The notes under the pieces were generated by a model. The model made no database searches, had not been told where the DNA came from, and was given only the letters and a program-made list of their open reading frames with translations. 64,000 nucleotides of DNA from an uncultured Methanomassiliicoccus sp. Its GTDB lineage: Archaea; Thermoplasmatota; Thermoplasmata; Methanomassiliicoccales; UBA472. Below, in pieces: positions 19,621 through 28,989 of this stretch (position 1 is the stretch's first letter; each line of letters begins with the position of its first letter). The position numbers were made by a program, and so were the translations under genes. Location of the stretch: contig CAZPFU010000007.1 of the NCBI GenBank assembly GCA_964585915.1, positions 11,912-75,911 on the forward strand. Reading direction: 5' to 3'.

Positions 19621-21603
19621 TCACTTCTTATGCAGGGCGCGGGAGCCCTGGATCAGCACGTCCAGGATGCCGGGGTCGGCCAGGGTGGACGTGTCGCCCA
19701 GCTCCTCGGCCGTACCGGTCGCCACCTTGCGCAGGATGCGGCGCATGATCTTGCCCGAGCGGGTCTTGGGCATCCCGGGGCAGAACTGAATGACCTCGGG
19801 GGTGGCGATGGGACCCACCTCCCGGCGGACGTGCGCCACCAGCTCCTTGCGCAGCTGGTCCGTTTCCTCTACGCCGCTCTTCAGGGTGACGAAGGCATAG
19901 ATGGCCTCTCCCTTGATGGCGTGCGGCACCGGAACGATGGCCGCCTCGGCCACGTTGTGATGCGATACGAGAGCGGACTCCACCTCCGCCGCGCCGATGC
20001 GGTGGCCGGAGACCTTGATCACATCGTCCACGCGGCCCATGATCCAGTAGTATCCCTCGTCATCGCAGCGGGCGGAATCGCCGGTGAAGTACTTACCGGG
20101 GAAGCGGACCCAGTAGATCTCCTTGAACCGCTCGTGCTGCCCCCAGACGGTGCGCATGATGGACGGCCAGGGCTTTGTTATGCATAGGTATCCGCCCTCG
20201 TTCACTCCGGCCTTGCTGCCGTCGTCCTTGACCACCTCCGGGCAAACGCCGAAGAAGGGCAGGGTGGCCGAACCGGGCTTGGTGGTTATGGCCCCGGGGA
20301 GCGGGGTGATCAGTATGGAACCCGTTTCCGTCTGCCACCAGGTGTCCATGATCGGGCACTTCTCGTTGCCGACGTACTTGTGGTACCACATCCAGGCCTC
20401 GGGGTTGATAGGTTCGCCGACGGAACCGAGCACGCGCAGCGAGGAGAGGTCGCGACCCTGCGGCCACTTCTCGCCCTCCCTCATCAGGGAACGGATCGCG
20501 GTCGGAGCGGTGTAGAAGATGTTCACCTTGAACTTCTCCACGATGTTCCAGAAGCGGTCCACCTGCGGATACGTGGGAATGCCCTCGAACATGAGCGTGG
20601 TAGCCCCGGCGCAGAGCGGTCCGTACACGATGTAGCTGTGACCGGTGATCCAGCCGATGTCCGCCGTGCACCAGTAGGTGTCGTTCTCGTGGTAGTCGAA
20701 TATGTACTTGAAGGTGACGGACGTCCCCAGCAGGTACCCGGCGGTGCTGTGCACCACTCCCTTGGGCTTTCCGGTGGAACCGGAGGTGTACAGGATGAAC
20801 AGCGGGTCCTCGGCGTCGCACCAGACGGCCTCGCAGGAGCGGTCGGCCTTGGCCATCTCCTCGTGCCACCAGATGTCCCGGCCAGGCTCCATCGGGCATT
20901 CCGCGCCGGCGCGCTTAACGACGATGACCTTCTCTATGGACGTGCCCTTTTCCAGGGCCACGTCGGCATTGGTCTTGAGCGGGACGAACTTGCTGCCGCG
21001 GTGGTTGCCGTCGGCGGTGATCAGGACCTTGGACTCGCAGTCGGCGATGCGGTCCTTGAGCGATTCCGAGCTGAACCCTCCGAACACGATGCTGTGCACC
21101 GCTCCGATGCGAGTGCAGGCTAGCATTGCGATGGCCAGCTCGGGGATCATGGGCAGGTACAAGGAGACCCGGTCACCCTTCTGCACTCCCAGGGACTTCA
21201 GGACGTTGGCGAAGCGGCATACTTCGGTGTGCAGCTGCTGGTAGGTGTAGGTCTTGACATCATCCTCGTTCTCCCCCTGCCAGATGATGGCCGCCTTGTT
21301 CTTGCGGCCGTTCTCCAGGTGGCGGTCGAGGCAGTTATAGGATACGTTGAGCTTCCCGCCCTCGAACCACTTGATGACGGCGTTCTCCCTGTCCCAGCTG
21401 TGAAGGTTGTTCCACTTGGCGAACCAGTGCAGTTCCTCGGAGGCCATCTTGCCCCAGAACCTCTCGGGGTCCTCCACGGACTCCTTGTACATCTTCTTGT
21501 ACTGCTCGAGGCTCTTTATGTGCGCCTGCTCGCTGAACTCCTTCGAGGGCGGGAAACGCCGCACCTCCTCCATTACGCTCTCGATGGTCTTTCCGTCGCT
21601 CAT
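19621..21603 (-). CDS. acs: Acetyl-CoA synthetase (AMP-forming)
   Basis: '[12 protein letters not shown]', 'WWQTETG' and the C-terminal '[15 protein letters not shown]' with the acetylatable Lys. 660 aa. Confidence 0.97.
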   Translation of the reverse strand: MSDGKTIESVMEEVRRFPPSKEFSEQAHIKSLEQYKKMYKESVEDPERFWGKMASEELHWFAKWNNLHSWDRENAVIKWFEGGKLNVSYNCLDRHLENGRKNKAAIIWQGENEDDVKTYTYQQLHTEVCRFANVLKSLGVQKGDRVSLYLPMIPELAIAMLACTRIGAVHSIVFGGFSSESLKDRIADCESKVLITADGNHRGSKFVPLKTNADVALEKGTSIEKVIVVKRAGAECPMEPGRDIWWHEEMAKADRSCEAVWCDAEDPLFILYTSGSTGKPKGVVHSTAGYLLGTSVTFKYIFDYHENDTYWCTADIGWITGHSYIVYGPLCAGATTLMFEGIPTYPQVDRFWNIVEKFKVNIFYTAPTAIRSLMREGEKWPQGRDLSSLRVLGSVGEPINPEAWMWYHKYVGNEKCPIMDTWWQTETGSILITPLPGAITTKPGSATLPFFGVCPEVVKDDGSKAGVNEGGYLCITKPWPSIMRTVWGQHERFKEIYWVRFPGKYFTGDSARCDDEGYYWIMGRVDDVIKVSGHRIGAAEVESALVSHHNVAEAAIVPVPHAIKGEAIYAFVTLKSGVEETDQLRKELVAHVRREVGPIATPEVIQFCPGMPKTRSGKIMRRILRKVATGTAEELGDTSTLADPGILDVLIQGSRALHKK

Positions 21604-21833
21604 TAGCCGCTTCCTCCTAATATGGGATGCCGGATCAGGGCAAACCGCCGTGCCCTCTTCCGTAAGATGATTAATAAAGATTATGGAAAACGCATAGTAC
21701 GGGCGGAATTAATTATAATTTCCGACCAATCCTACTGGAATTGTCGATTATTTTGCGGTATGTGATTCCTTGTAAGAATCTTCGAATTCCGAACGGAATA
21801 AAAAGGAAAAGGAAAGGGATGGGGAGGGGCCAA

Positions 21834-22199
21834 TCAGGCGTGGGTCTCCCTGAACATCATTCCCAGGTCGATGTCCAGGCAGTCGTCCGTGCTGCTGCCG
21901 TCCTCCATCTCGATGCGGGCGCGGATCTTGTTGCGCTCGAAAGATATGTTGGCATTGCGGACCATCGACTTGTACATGCTCATGCGCTTGCCCGACTGGG
22001 TCAGGCGGCGTTCGCTGCACTTGATCAGTCCCGCTTCCTCGAGCACCCTGATCTTGCGATAGCAGGCGGCTATCGGAATTCCCAAAGCATCGCTCAGCTC
22101 GAAGGCGCTCTTGGCCCGTCCCATGGTGGCCATGAGGATCTTGGCGGTGTACTCCTCCGTCAGCAGTCTAGAAGTCTCCAAGACGTGCATCTTTCCCAC
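21834..22199 (-). CDS. Winged-helix (ArsR/TrmB-like) transcriptional regulator
   Basis: 'KSAFELSDALGIPIAACYRKIRVLEEAGLI' HTH, 121 aa. Confidence 0.7.
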   Translation of the reverse strand: MGKMHVLETSRLLTEEYTAKILMATMGRAKSAFELSDALGIPIAACYRKIRVLEEAGLIKCSERRLTQSGKRMSMYKSMVRNANISFERNKIRARIEMEDGSSTDDCLDIDLGMMFRETHA

Positions 22200-22489
22200 G
22201 ACGCAGATTAGTGCGAAGGAGGATATATAAATGGAATCTTCATAGAATCACTATTGATTTTTGATAATCACGGACTGCCAGGATGCTTCCTGCAAGCGAT
22301 TCTGACCGATGATTTATCGCTATAGGTAAACACCGAACCCGGTCTTGCGGATCGGTTCGCGTAACAATATTGCCAGCAAGGTGTTATTTCTCAAGTATTT
22401 TTTTAACATTTATTTTACTGTTGAGATAACATTAATATACGGACCGCAACAATTTCATCATTGTGGGTCTCCCCCATAGGAGGTTAAGC

Positions 22490-22552
22490 ATGTCCTGCGG
22501 AAAGTGCGGTCCCAAGGGTGAGAAGAAGAAGGATGACAAGAAGAAGAAGTGA
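22490..22552 (+). CDS. Candidate 20-aa peptide MSCGKCGPKGEKKKDDKKKK
   Basis: GGAGGT lies 6 nt upstream of the ATG. CxxC plus a polylysine tail. Sits inside a 421-bp AT-rich intergenic region. There is no comparative support. Confidence 0.3.
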   Translation: MSCGKCGPKGEKKKDDKKKK

Positions 22553-22620
22553 GCTTCTTGTCCGTTCCGGAACTTCAAACCCTTTAACCTTCTTCTGTTG
22601 CCGACGATCAAATCACGGTT

Positions 22621-23508
22621 CTATTCCGACCTGGCCATCAGCAGGATGGCGGTGAATATCATCAGCGCGCCGGTGACCACGTAGGCGTCGATGACCTCGC
22701 CGAGGAACATCCAGCTGAGGAAGACCGCGAAGGCGGACTCCACCATCAATATCGTGGCGGAGGTGACCACGCTGATGTGCTTGAGCGCCGAGGTCCACAG
22801 CACCGTCGGCACGGTGGTGCACACGATGCCTATGAAAAGCACCGCCGGCAGGTCCGCCGGAGAAAGCCCGCCGTCCATGGGAACGACGAAGTACAAGGCC
22901 AGCAAGACCGGCGGCAGCAGCAGGTGCAGGCTCAGGCTCCACTGCTCCGCGGAGAGGCTGCGCAGCGCTATCCTGGAGGTGACCACCGACACGCCTATGC
23001 ACACCGCCGAGAGCAGCACCAGCAGGTTGCCGGTCATGCGCGAGCCGTCCAGGACCGAGAGGTCCCAACGGGTGGTCAGGGTGATTAATCCCAGGAGCGC
23101 GATGCCCAGCCCCAGCAGCCGCCGCCTTCCCAGTCTTTCACCGAACAGCAGACGGCTGAAGAAGGCCACGAAAACCACGTTGGTCCCGATTATCAGGCCA
23201 GCGGCCGAGGCGGTGGTCATGGTCAGACCCACGTAGGACGGGGCCACCACCCCGATGTTGACGATCGGCCCGGCCCAGAACTCCCAGCGTTTCAGCATCC
23301 CCGCGTCGAGCATCCCATTGGCGACCATGTACGCCAGCAGGACCGCCGAGCCCACGGCCATGGTGGCCGCCCCCAGCAGGAACGGGTTCACCTCGCCCAC
23401 GGTCATCTTTACCGCCACGTAGGACGTTCCCAGCATGAGGCTGGACAGCAGGGTGGTGAGCACTGCCCCGGTCCTCTTGTCGGTCGTTCCATCCAAAGCG
23501 GCGGTCAT
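22621..23508 (-). CDS. EamA/DMT-family transporter
   Basis: 295 aa, 10 TM segments, two EamA-like halves. Confidence 0.85.
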   Translation of the reverse strand: MTAALDGTTDKRTGAVLTTLLSSLMLGTSYVAVKMTVGEVNPFLLGAATMAVGSAVLLAYMVANGMLDAGMLKRWEFWAGPIVNIGVVAPSYVGLTMTTASAAGLIIGTNVVFVAFFSRLLFGERLGRRRLLGLGIALLGLITLTTRWDLSVLDGSRMTGNLLVLLSAVCIGVSVVTSRIALRSLSAEQWSLSLHLLLPPVLLALYFVVPMDGGLSPADLPAVLFIGIVCTTVPTVLWTSALKHISVVTSATILMVESAFAVFLSWMFLGEVIDAYVVTGALMIFTAILLMARSE

Positions 23509-23637
23509 ACGGGCGTTCCAGCATGGCGGTGAACAGGTACCCGGTCATCAAGGTTGCGGGAGCCTGCCCGAAAATGTCCGTCCTATCGCCTTCGGAAAAA
23601 ACCTAATATCCTAGTCCCTGGGTTATAGTAACGCCTC

Positions 23638-24462
23638 ATGTTCAAGAAGCTCTTGGTCCCGGTGGACCTTTCACCGCAGTCCATGATGATGGTCGAGATA
23701 GCCGCCCGCATGGAAAGGTACGGCGTGGAGGAGGTCATGATCTACTCCGCCCTGGACCACGTCTCCAAGCGGGACCCCCTGCTGAAAGCCTTGGACGACA
23801 GGGTGGGCAAGGCCGGTCTGGAGCATAAGCTGGTGACCGAGGTCCGCAAGGAGCCGGCGCTGGCGATATTGAAGGCGGCCGACTCGCACGGCATCACCAT
23901 GATCGCCCTGGCCGCCTCCGGGAAAGGAAGGGTCAGGGAGTTCATAGTCGGGAGCACCTCGCTGGGGGTCATCCGACGCTCCAAGCTCCCGGTCCTGTTG
24001 GACAAGTTCCCCCTGGAGGCCAGCGATGACCCGCAGCGCTATTGCGAGGAGTGCCCTCCCCTGCTGGAACGGGTGTTGGTCACCATCGACCTGAGCAGAG
24101 CGTCCAAGGTAATGCTGCCTTTCGTGCAGCAGCTCATAGACGCCGGGGCCAGGAAGATGACCCTGTTCCATGTGGTCCAATCGTCCAGGTACAGCATGAC
24201 CGACGACAAGCGCTTCCAGGAGGTCAAGCGCAAGATGGAGGCGTACCAGGCCAAGCTGGACGCCAAGGACTGCGAGATCGACGTGCATCTTCATTTTGGG
24301 ACGACGACCTACAACATCCTGGAGGCGGCGAGAGAGATAGACGCCACGTTGATCGTCTTGGGGACCACCGGAAAAGGATACCTTCGCGGCGCCACCTTGG
24401 GTTCCACCTCGGAAGAGGTGGTGAAAGGGTCCACCAGGCCGCTATTGCTCATTCCATCCTGA
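23638..24462 (+). CDS. Universal stress protein (tandem USP domains)
   Basis: Two USP repeats, each ending 'G(S/T)T..(G/E)V...S..P(V/L)L(L/I)'. Confidence 0.85.
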   Translation: MFKKLLVPVDLSPQSMMMVEIAARMERYGVEEVMIYSALDHVSKRDPLLKALDDRVGKAGLEHKLVTEVRKEPALAILKAADSHGITMIALAASGKGRVREFIVGSTSLGVIRRSKLPVLLDKFPLEASDDPQRYCEECPPLLERVLVTIDLSRASKVMLPFVQQLIDAGARKMTLFHVVQSSRYSMTDDKRFQEVKRKMEAYQAKLDAKDCEIDVHLHFGTTTYNILEAAREIDATLIVLGTTGKGYLRGATLGSTSEEVVKGSTRPLLLIPS

Positions 24463-25344
24463 TCAGAGGAAGTGCTCCCGTTCGTTAAGCTCCCGGATGC
24501 GCTGCCTGAGCCTCTCCCCGTAGACCGGGTGCTGGAGGGCCAGTTCCAACTGCGAGTTCAGCCATCCCGGGATGTCCCCGATGTCGTAACGTTTCCCCAC
24601 GAACTCCCAGGCCAGCATGCCCTCCTTCTTCTGCAGTAAGCGCAAAGCATCGGTAAGCTGCACCTCCCCGTTGTGCCCGGGCGGGGTCTTCTCGATGCAT
24701 TCGAATATTCCCGGCGTCAGAACGTACGTCCCGGCGATGCAAAGGTCGGAGGGGGCCTCTTCCGGTCTAGGCTTCTCCACCAGGTCCTTGATCTCATACA
24801 AGCGGTCGTCCAGCTTGACCGCGTCCAGCACGCCGTAGTCCTTGACCTTCTCTCCAGGCACCCGTTCCGCGGCGATCACGGATTTACCGGTGCGGACGTG
24901 GACCTCCATCAGCTGCCTGACCACCGGCACCTCGGACACATGAATGGTGTCGCCGAGCATCACGGCGAAAGGTTCGTTCCCAACATGGTGCCTGGCCTGG
25001 TACACCGCGTCCCCCAGGCCGCGCTGCTCGTGCTGGCGTATGTAATGCAGGTCGGCCAGCTCGTGCAGACCGTTTATGCTTTCCAGCAGCGTCCTGCGAT
25101 TGCCGTTCTTGAGAATGCTTTCCAGCTCGAAGGAGCGGTCAAAATGGTCCTCAATGGTCCGCTTATGCCGGCCAGTGACGATTATGATGTCCCTGATGCC
25201 GGCCTTCACCGCCTCCTCCACCACGTACTGGATGACCGGTTTGTCGATGACCGGGAGCATCTCCTTGGGCTGCTCCTTGGTAAGGGGGAGGAACCGCACC
25301 CCCCACCCAGCCGCCGGAATGACCGCCTTCATGGCTACCAGCAT
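24463..25344 (-). CDS. galU: UTP-glucose-1-phosphate uridylyltransferase
   Basis: 'KAVIPAAGWGVRFLPLTKEQPKEMLPVIDKPVIQYVVEEA'. Alternative start at 25332. Confidence 0.9.
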   Translation of the reverse strand: MLVAMKAVIPAAGWGVRFLPLTKEQPKEMLPVIDKPVIQYVVEEAVKAGIRDIIIVTGRHKRTIEDHFDRSFELESILKNGNRRTLLESINGLHELADLHYIRQHEQRGLGDAVYQARHHVGNEPFAVMLGDTIHVSEVPVVRQLMEVHVRTGKSVIAAERVPGEKVKDYGVLDAVKLDDRLYEIKDLVEKPRPEEAPSDLCIAGTYVLTPGIFECIEKTPPGHNGEVQLTDALRLLQKKEGMLAWEFVGKRYDIGDIPGWLNSQLELALQHPVYGERLRQRIRELNEREHFL

Positions 25345-26672
25345 ATCCCTTCGTAGTTATTGGTTTTTGTCACGCCGCGGCCGTCCACAACCAGCAGGCT
25401 GCCGTACAGCGCGGGGTCGGAGAACTCCTGCCATTCTGTAAGTACGAGAACGGAATCCGCCCCCTTCAGGCATTCCTTGGCCGTATGGCAGTAGGTGATC
25501 TGCGGGAACTCCTTTCCGAAGTTGTCCATGGCCTGGGGGTCGTACGCCCTTACCTTCGCACCTTTGCGCAGCAGCTCGGCCACCACGGTCAGCGAGCTGG
25601 CCTCCCGAATGTCATCAGTTCCGGGCTTGAACGCCAGTCCAAGTACGGCGACAGTGCTCCCGTACACCTCGGTATGCCTTTCCAGCAGTTCGATCACTCG
25701 CCTAGGCTGTCTCTCATTGACGGAAAGGGTGGCGTCCAGCATGTCCGTGCGGACGCCCAGCGAGCGGGCCTGCGCTCTGATCGACTTGACGTCCTTGGGG
25801 AAGCAGGAACCGCCGAAGCCGCATCCGGCCTTCAGGAACAGCGGTCCCACCCGGGGGTCCATGCCCACTCCCTTGGCCACCTCGCGGAAGTCCAATCCCA
25901 GCGATTTGCAGAGATTTCCCAGCTCGTTCACCAGGGAGATGCGGGCGGCCAGGAAGGCGTTGGAGGCCAGCTTGATCATCTCCGCCGTGGAGGGATCGGT
26001 GCGCATGACCGGTGCGTCTATCCCCTGGTACAGGGAGGCCACCTCTTCGTACGTCCGGTCGTCCATGGCCCCCACCACCACCCGGTCCGGGTTGAGGAAG
26101 TCCTTGACCGCCATCCCCTCCTTCAGGAACTCCGGGTTCATGGCCAATCCGAGCGTGTCCGGCGATCTTCCGGAGGCCTTGAGCAGCAAAGGTCCCACCA
26201 CGTCCTTGGTGGTATTGGGTGGTACGGTGCTCTTTACCACCACGGTGTGCCTTCCCTTCTTCTTGGACAGGGACTTTCCCAGGTCCTCCGTGGCCTTCAA
26301 CAGGTACTTCAGGTCCAGCGAGCCGTCCTCGTGCGAGGGCGTTCCCACGCACAGGAAGGTGACGTCCGTCGCCGGAACCTCGGAGTAATCGCTGGTCGCC
26401 CGGAACGAGCCGGACGCCAGGTGGCGCCGGAGCATCTCCTCCAGGCCCTCCTCGAATATCGGCGGCGCGCCGGCGTTGATGCTCTCTACCTTGGCCTTGA
26501 CGGTGTCCACGCAAAGCACCCGGTGGCCCAGCTCCGCGAAGCACACTCCGGACACCAGCCCGACGTAACCAGTACCGATTATGGAGACGTACGTTCCGCT
26601 CACCCGCTTTGGGAACGCCCTCGGATTATATAACCTGCACCAGCCCTTTTCCCAGATGATCGAATGCCGCAT
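25335..26672 (-). CDS. ugd: UDP-glucose 6-dehydrogenase
   Basis: 'VSIIGTGYVGLVSGVCFAELGH' Rossmann motif and catalytic 'GFGGSCFPKD'. Start is either ATG 26672 or GTG 26603. Confidence 0.9.
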   Translation of the reverse strand: MRHSIIWEKGWCRLYNPRAFPKRVSGTYVSIIGTGYVGLVSGVCFAELGHRVLCVDTVKAKVESINAGAPPIFEEGLEEMLRRHLASGSFRATSDYSEVPATDVTFLCVGTPSHEDGSLDLKYLLKATEDLGKSLSKKKGRHTVVVKSTVPPNTTKDVVGPLLLKASGRSPDTLGLAMNPEFLKEGMAVKDFLNPDRVVVGAMDDRTYEEVASLYQGIDAPVMRTDPSTAEMIKLASNAFLAARISLVNELGNLCKSLGLDFREVAKGVGMDPRVGPLFLKAGCGFGGSCFPKDVKSIRAQARSLGVRTDMLDATLSVNERQPRRVIELLERHTEVYGSTVAVLGLAFKPGTDDIREASSLTVVAELLRKGAKVRAYDPQAMDNFGKEFPQITYCHTAKECLKGADSVLVLTEWQEFSDPALYGSLLVVDGRGVTKTNNYEGICW

Positions 26673-26737
26673 CTGGCGGGGGTTTTCGCTATAATCTATA
26701 AATTCTCCATGGCGGTTAGGGTAGAAGTGGATAGGAC

Positions 26738-27562
26738 TTGAACGAACTGCAGCAGGTTCAGCTCTCCATACTTCAGGAGATGGACAGGGTCTGCCGTAAG
26801 AACGGCATCAGGTACTTCCTGTTCTCCGGGACCCTGCTGGGCGCCGTCCGTCACAAAGGGTTCATACCCTGGGACGACGACATCGACGTGGTGTTGCTGA
26901 GAGACGAGTACGAGCGTTTTGTGGGCCTTCCACCAGAGGAGTTCGGTCCGAACTTCTTCCTGCAGACCAGCGATACCGACCTGGAGTACAACAACGTCTA
27001 CGCCAAGGTCCGGCGTTCCGACACCACCTACGTGGAATCCTACATGGACCACAAGCGCATCAACCACGGGGTCTTCATAGACGTGTTCCCGCTGGACGGC
27101 GTTCCGTCCAACCGGTTCCTGCAGACCATCTTCTGGTATCCCATCTCTGTTCTAGGTTACACCGCCAGCCTCAAGGCCTTCAAGAAGGAGCCCAAGCCGC
27201 ACCTCATCTTCCCCTTCGTCCTCCTCAAGACGCTCAGCCCTTTGAGCGGTGGAACGCTGATGAAAGCGTACGGCAAACTGATGGGGATGTTCGATATCGG
27301 ACGAACGCAGAAGGTCGGCTTCCTGACCCACGCCGGCTTCCCTCTCGGTCACGTGGTCTACGAAAAATCGTGGTTCGACCGCACGGTGGATCTGGAGTAC
27401 GAAGGCCTGTCGTTCCCGGCGCCAGGCGAGCATCACAAGGTCCTCACGCAGCTCTTCGGGGAGTACATGAACCCGCCACCAGAGGACAAGCGGGTGTCGC
27501 ATCACGGGGCCACCCTTATCGACCTGGAACTCCCGTACCAGGAAGCAATCCACGAGATTTAA
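26738..27562 (+). CDS. LicD-family phosphotransferase
   Basis: 'YFLFSGTLLGAVRHKGFIPWDDDIDV' LicD nucleotidyltransferase-fold motif. TTG start. Confidence 0.85.
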   Translation: MNELQQVQLSILQEMDRVCRKNGIRYFLFSGTLLGAVRHKGFIPWDDDIDVVLLRDEYERFVGLPPEEFGPNFFLQTSDTDLEYNNVYAKVRRSDTTYVESYMDHKRINHGVFIDVFPLDGVPSNRFLQTIFWYPISVLGYTASLKAFKKEPKPHLIFPFVLLKTLSPLSGGTLMKAYGKLMGMFDIGRTQKVGFLTHAGFPLGHVVYEKSWFDRTVDLEYEGLSFPAPGEHHKVLTQLFGEYMNPPPEDKRVSHHGATLIDLELPYQEAIHEI

Positions 27563-27591
27563 TTATCTGGAACGGGATTGTCCCGCGTACC

Positions 27592-28971
27592 ATGATCGTG
27601 ACCGCCATAATCCTGGCCGGCGGCGTCGGCGAGCGCTTCGGGACCGAGGTGCCCAAGCAGTTCGTCAAGCTCTCCGGCAAGCCGATAATCGGGCATACCT
27701 TGGACACCTTCGAGGCGAACCGTTCCATCGACCACGTGGTCGTGGTGGTCAACCGCCGCTACCTGGAGCAGACCCGGTCACTGGTCAAGGAGTATGGTCT
27801 GCGGAAGGTCAGGTCGGTGGTTCCCGGCGGCGCCACTCGTCAGGCCTCCTCCTTCGAAGGGCTGAAGGCCTGCCCGGAAGGCACCACCCACGTTCTCATT
27901 CACGACGCCGTCCGCCCCTTCGTGGACGACGACATCATCGACCGTTGCGTATCAGCGTTCAGGGAGCACCAGGCGGTCGACGTATGTCTGGCCTCCACCG
28001 ACACCATCGTGGAGATCGACGGCAACCAGGACATATCCGGCATTCCCCTCCGATCGACGCTCCGCCGCGGGCAGACCCCGCAGGGTTTCCAGCATTCCCT
28101 GATACTCAAGGCGCACCAGCTGGCCTTGCAAGAAGGGTTCACCGACTCCACCGACGACTGCAATCTGCTGGTCCGTTCCAGGCTGGCCCCGGTGCACACC
28201 ATCGAGGGTTCGGCCTACAACATCAAGATCACCAACCCGCTAGACATATTCCTGGCGGAGCGCATATTCCAGCTGCGGCGGCGCAACCTGTCGCCGTTGT
28301 CCCGGGAAGGGCTATCATCGTATCTCCAAGGCAAGGTGCTGGCGGTCTTTGGCGGCAGCTCCGGGATCGGTAAGAGCATCTGCGGACTGGCCGAGGAATG
28401 CGGAGCCACGGCCATCTCGCTCTCCCGTTCCAGTGGGGCGGACATAACTGACGCCGGGCAGGTGAAGGCCGCCCTAGACAAGGTGGCCCGGGACCACGGC
28501 CGCATCGACGCGGTGGTGCTTTGTTCGGCCGTCATGCACCGCGGGAAGCTGGTCGACGCCGAGGACTCTCAGGTACTGAACCAGGTGCAGGTGAACCTGG
28601 CCGGGAACATCCTGGTCTCCAAGTACGCCATCCCGCATCTGGTCAAGACCAAAGGCAAACTGGTCTTCTTTGCCTCCAGCTCCTACACCAAGGGGCGGGA
28701 AGGGTACGCGGTCTACAGCGCCACCAAGGCGGCGATTGTGAACCTCATGCAGGCTCTGGCGGACGAGCTTAGCGGGCAGGTGGACGTGATCGCCATCAAC
28801 CCGCAGCGTACCAGAACCCCATTGCGAGTCTCGAACTTCGGGGAGGAGGACGCTGGCACCCTGCTCAGCCCGGAGTTCGTGGCCCTGCGTACCCTGGGGG
28901 CCATGGCCTCCGGTCTCACTGGCAGCGTGTTCGACATCTCGCTGACGGACGAAATCGGTCGGGGAAAGTGA
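27592..28971 (+). CDS. Bifunctional cytidylyltransferase (IspD/TarI-like) / short-chain dehydrogenase, CDP-ribitol synthase (Bcs1/Acs1)-like
   Basis: N-terminal 'AIILAGGVGERFG...PKQFVKL'. C-terminal SDR with 'VFGGSSGIGKS' and 'YSATKAA'. The true start 'MIVTAII' at 27592 lies inside the longer track ORF. Confidence 0.85.
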   Translation: MIVTAIILAGGVGERFGTEVPKQFVKLSGKPIIGHTLDTFEANRSIDHVVVVVNRRYLEQTRSLVKEYGLRKVRSVVPGGATRQASSFEGLKACPEGTTHVLIHDAVRPFVDDDIIDRCVSAFREHQAVDVCLASTDTIVEIDGNQDISGIPLRSTLRRGQTPQGFQHSLILKAHQLALQEGFTDSTDDCNLLVRSRLAPVHTIEGSAYNIKITNPLDIFLAERIFQLRRRNLSPLSREGLSSYLQGKVLAVFGGSSGIGKSICGLAEECGATAISLSRSSGADITDAGQVKAALDKVARDHGRIDAVVLCSAVMHRGKLVDAEDSQVLNQVQVNLAGNILVSKYAIPHLVKTKGKLVFFASSSYTKGREGYAVYSATKAAIVNLMQALADELSGQVDVIAINPQRTRTPLRVSNFGEEDAGTLLSPEFVALRTLGAMASGLTGSVFDISLTDEIGRGK

Positions 28972-28989
28972 TCGTTCCTATCGGAAAGT

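Noticed and set aside
21604-21680. Short hairpin (AGGGCA-N8-TGCCCT, about 21634-21653) in the putative acs 5' leader, considered as a possible riboswitch or regulatory RNA.
   Set aside because: It is only a 6-bp stem with no resemblance to any riboswitch class I know. The leader also contains a normal AGGAGG ribosome-binding site.
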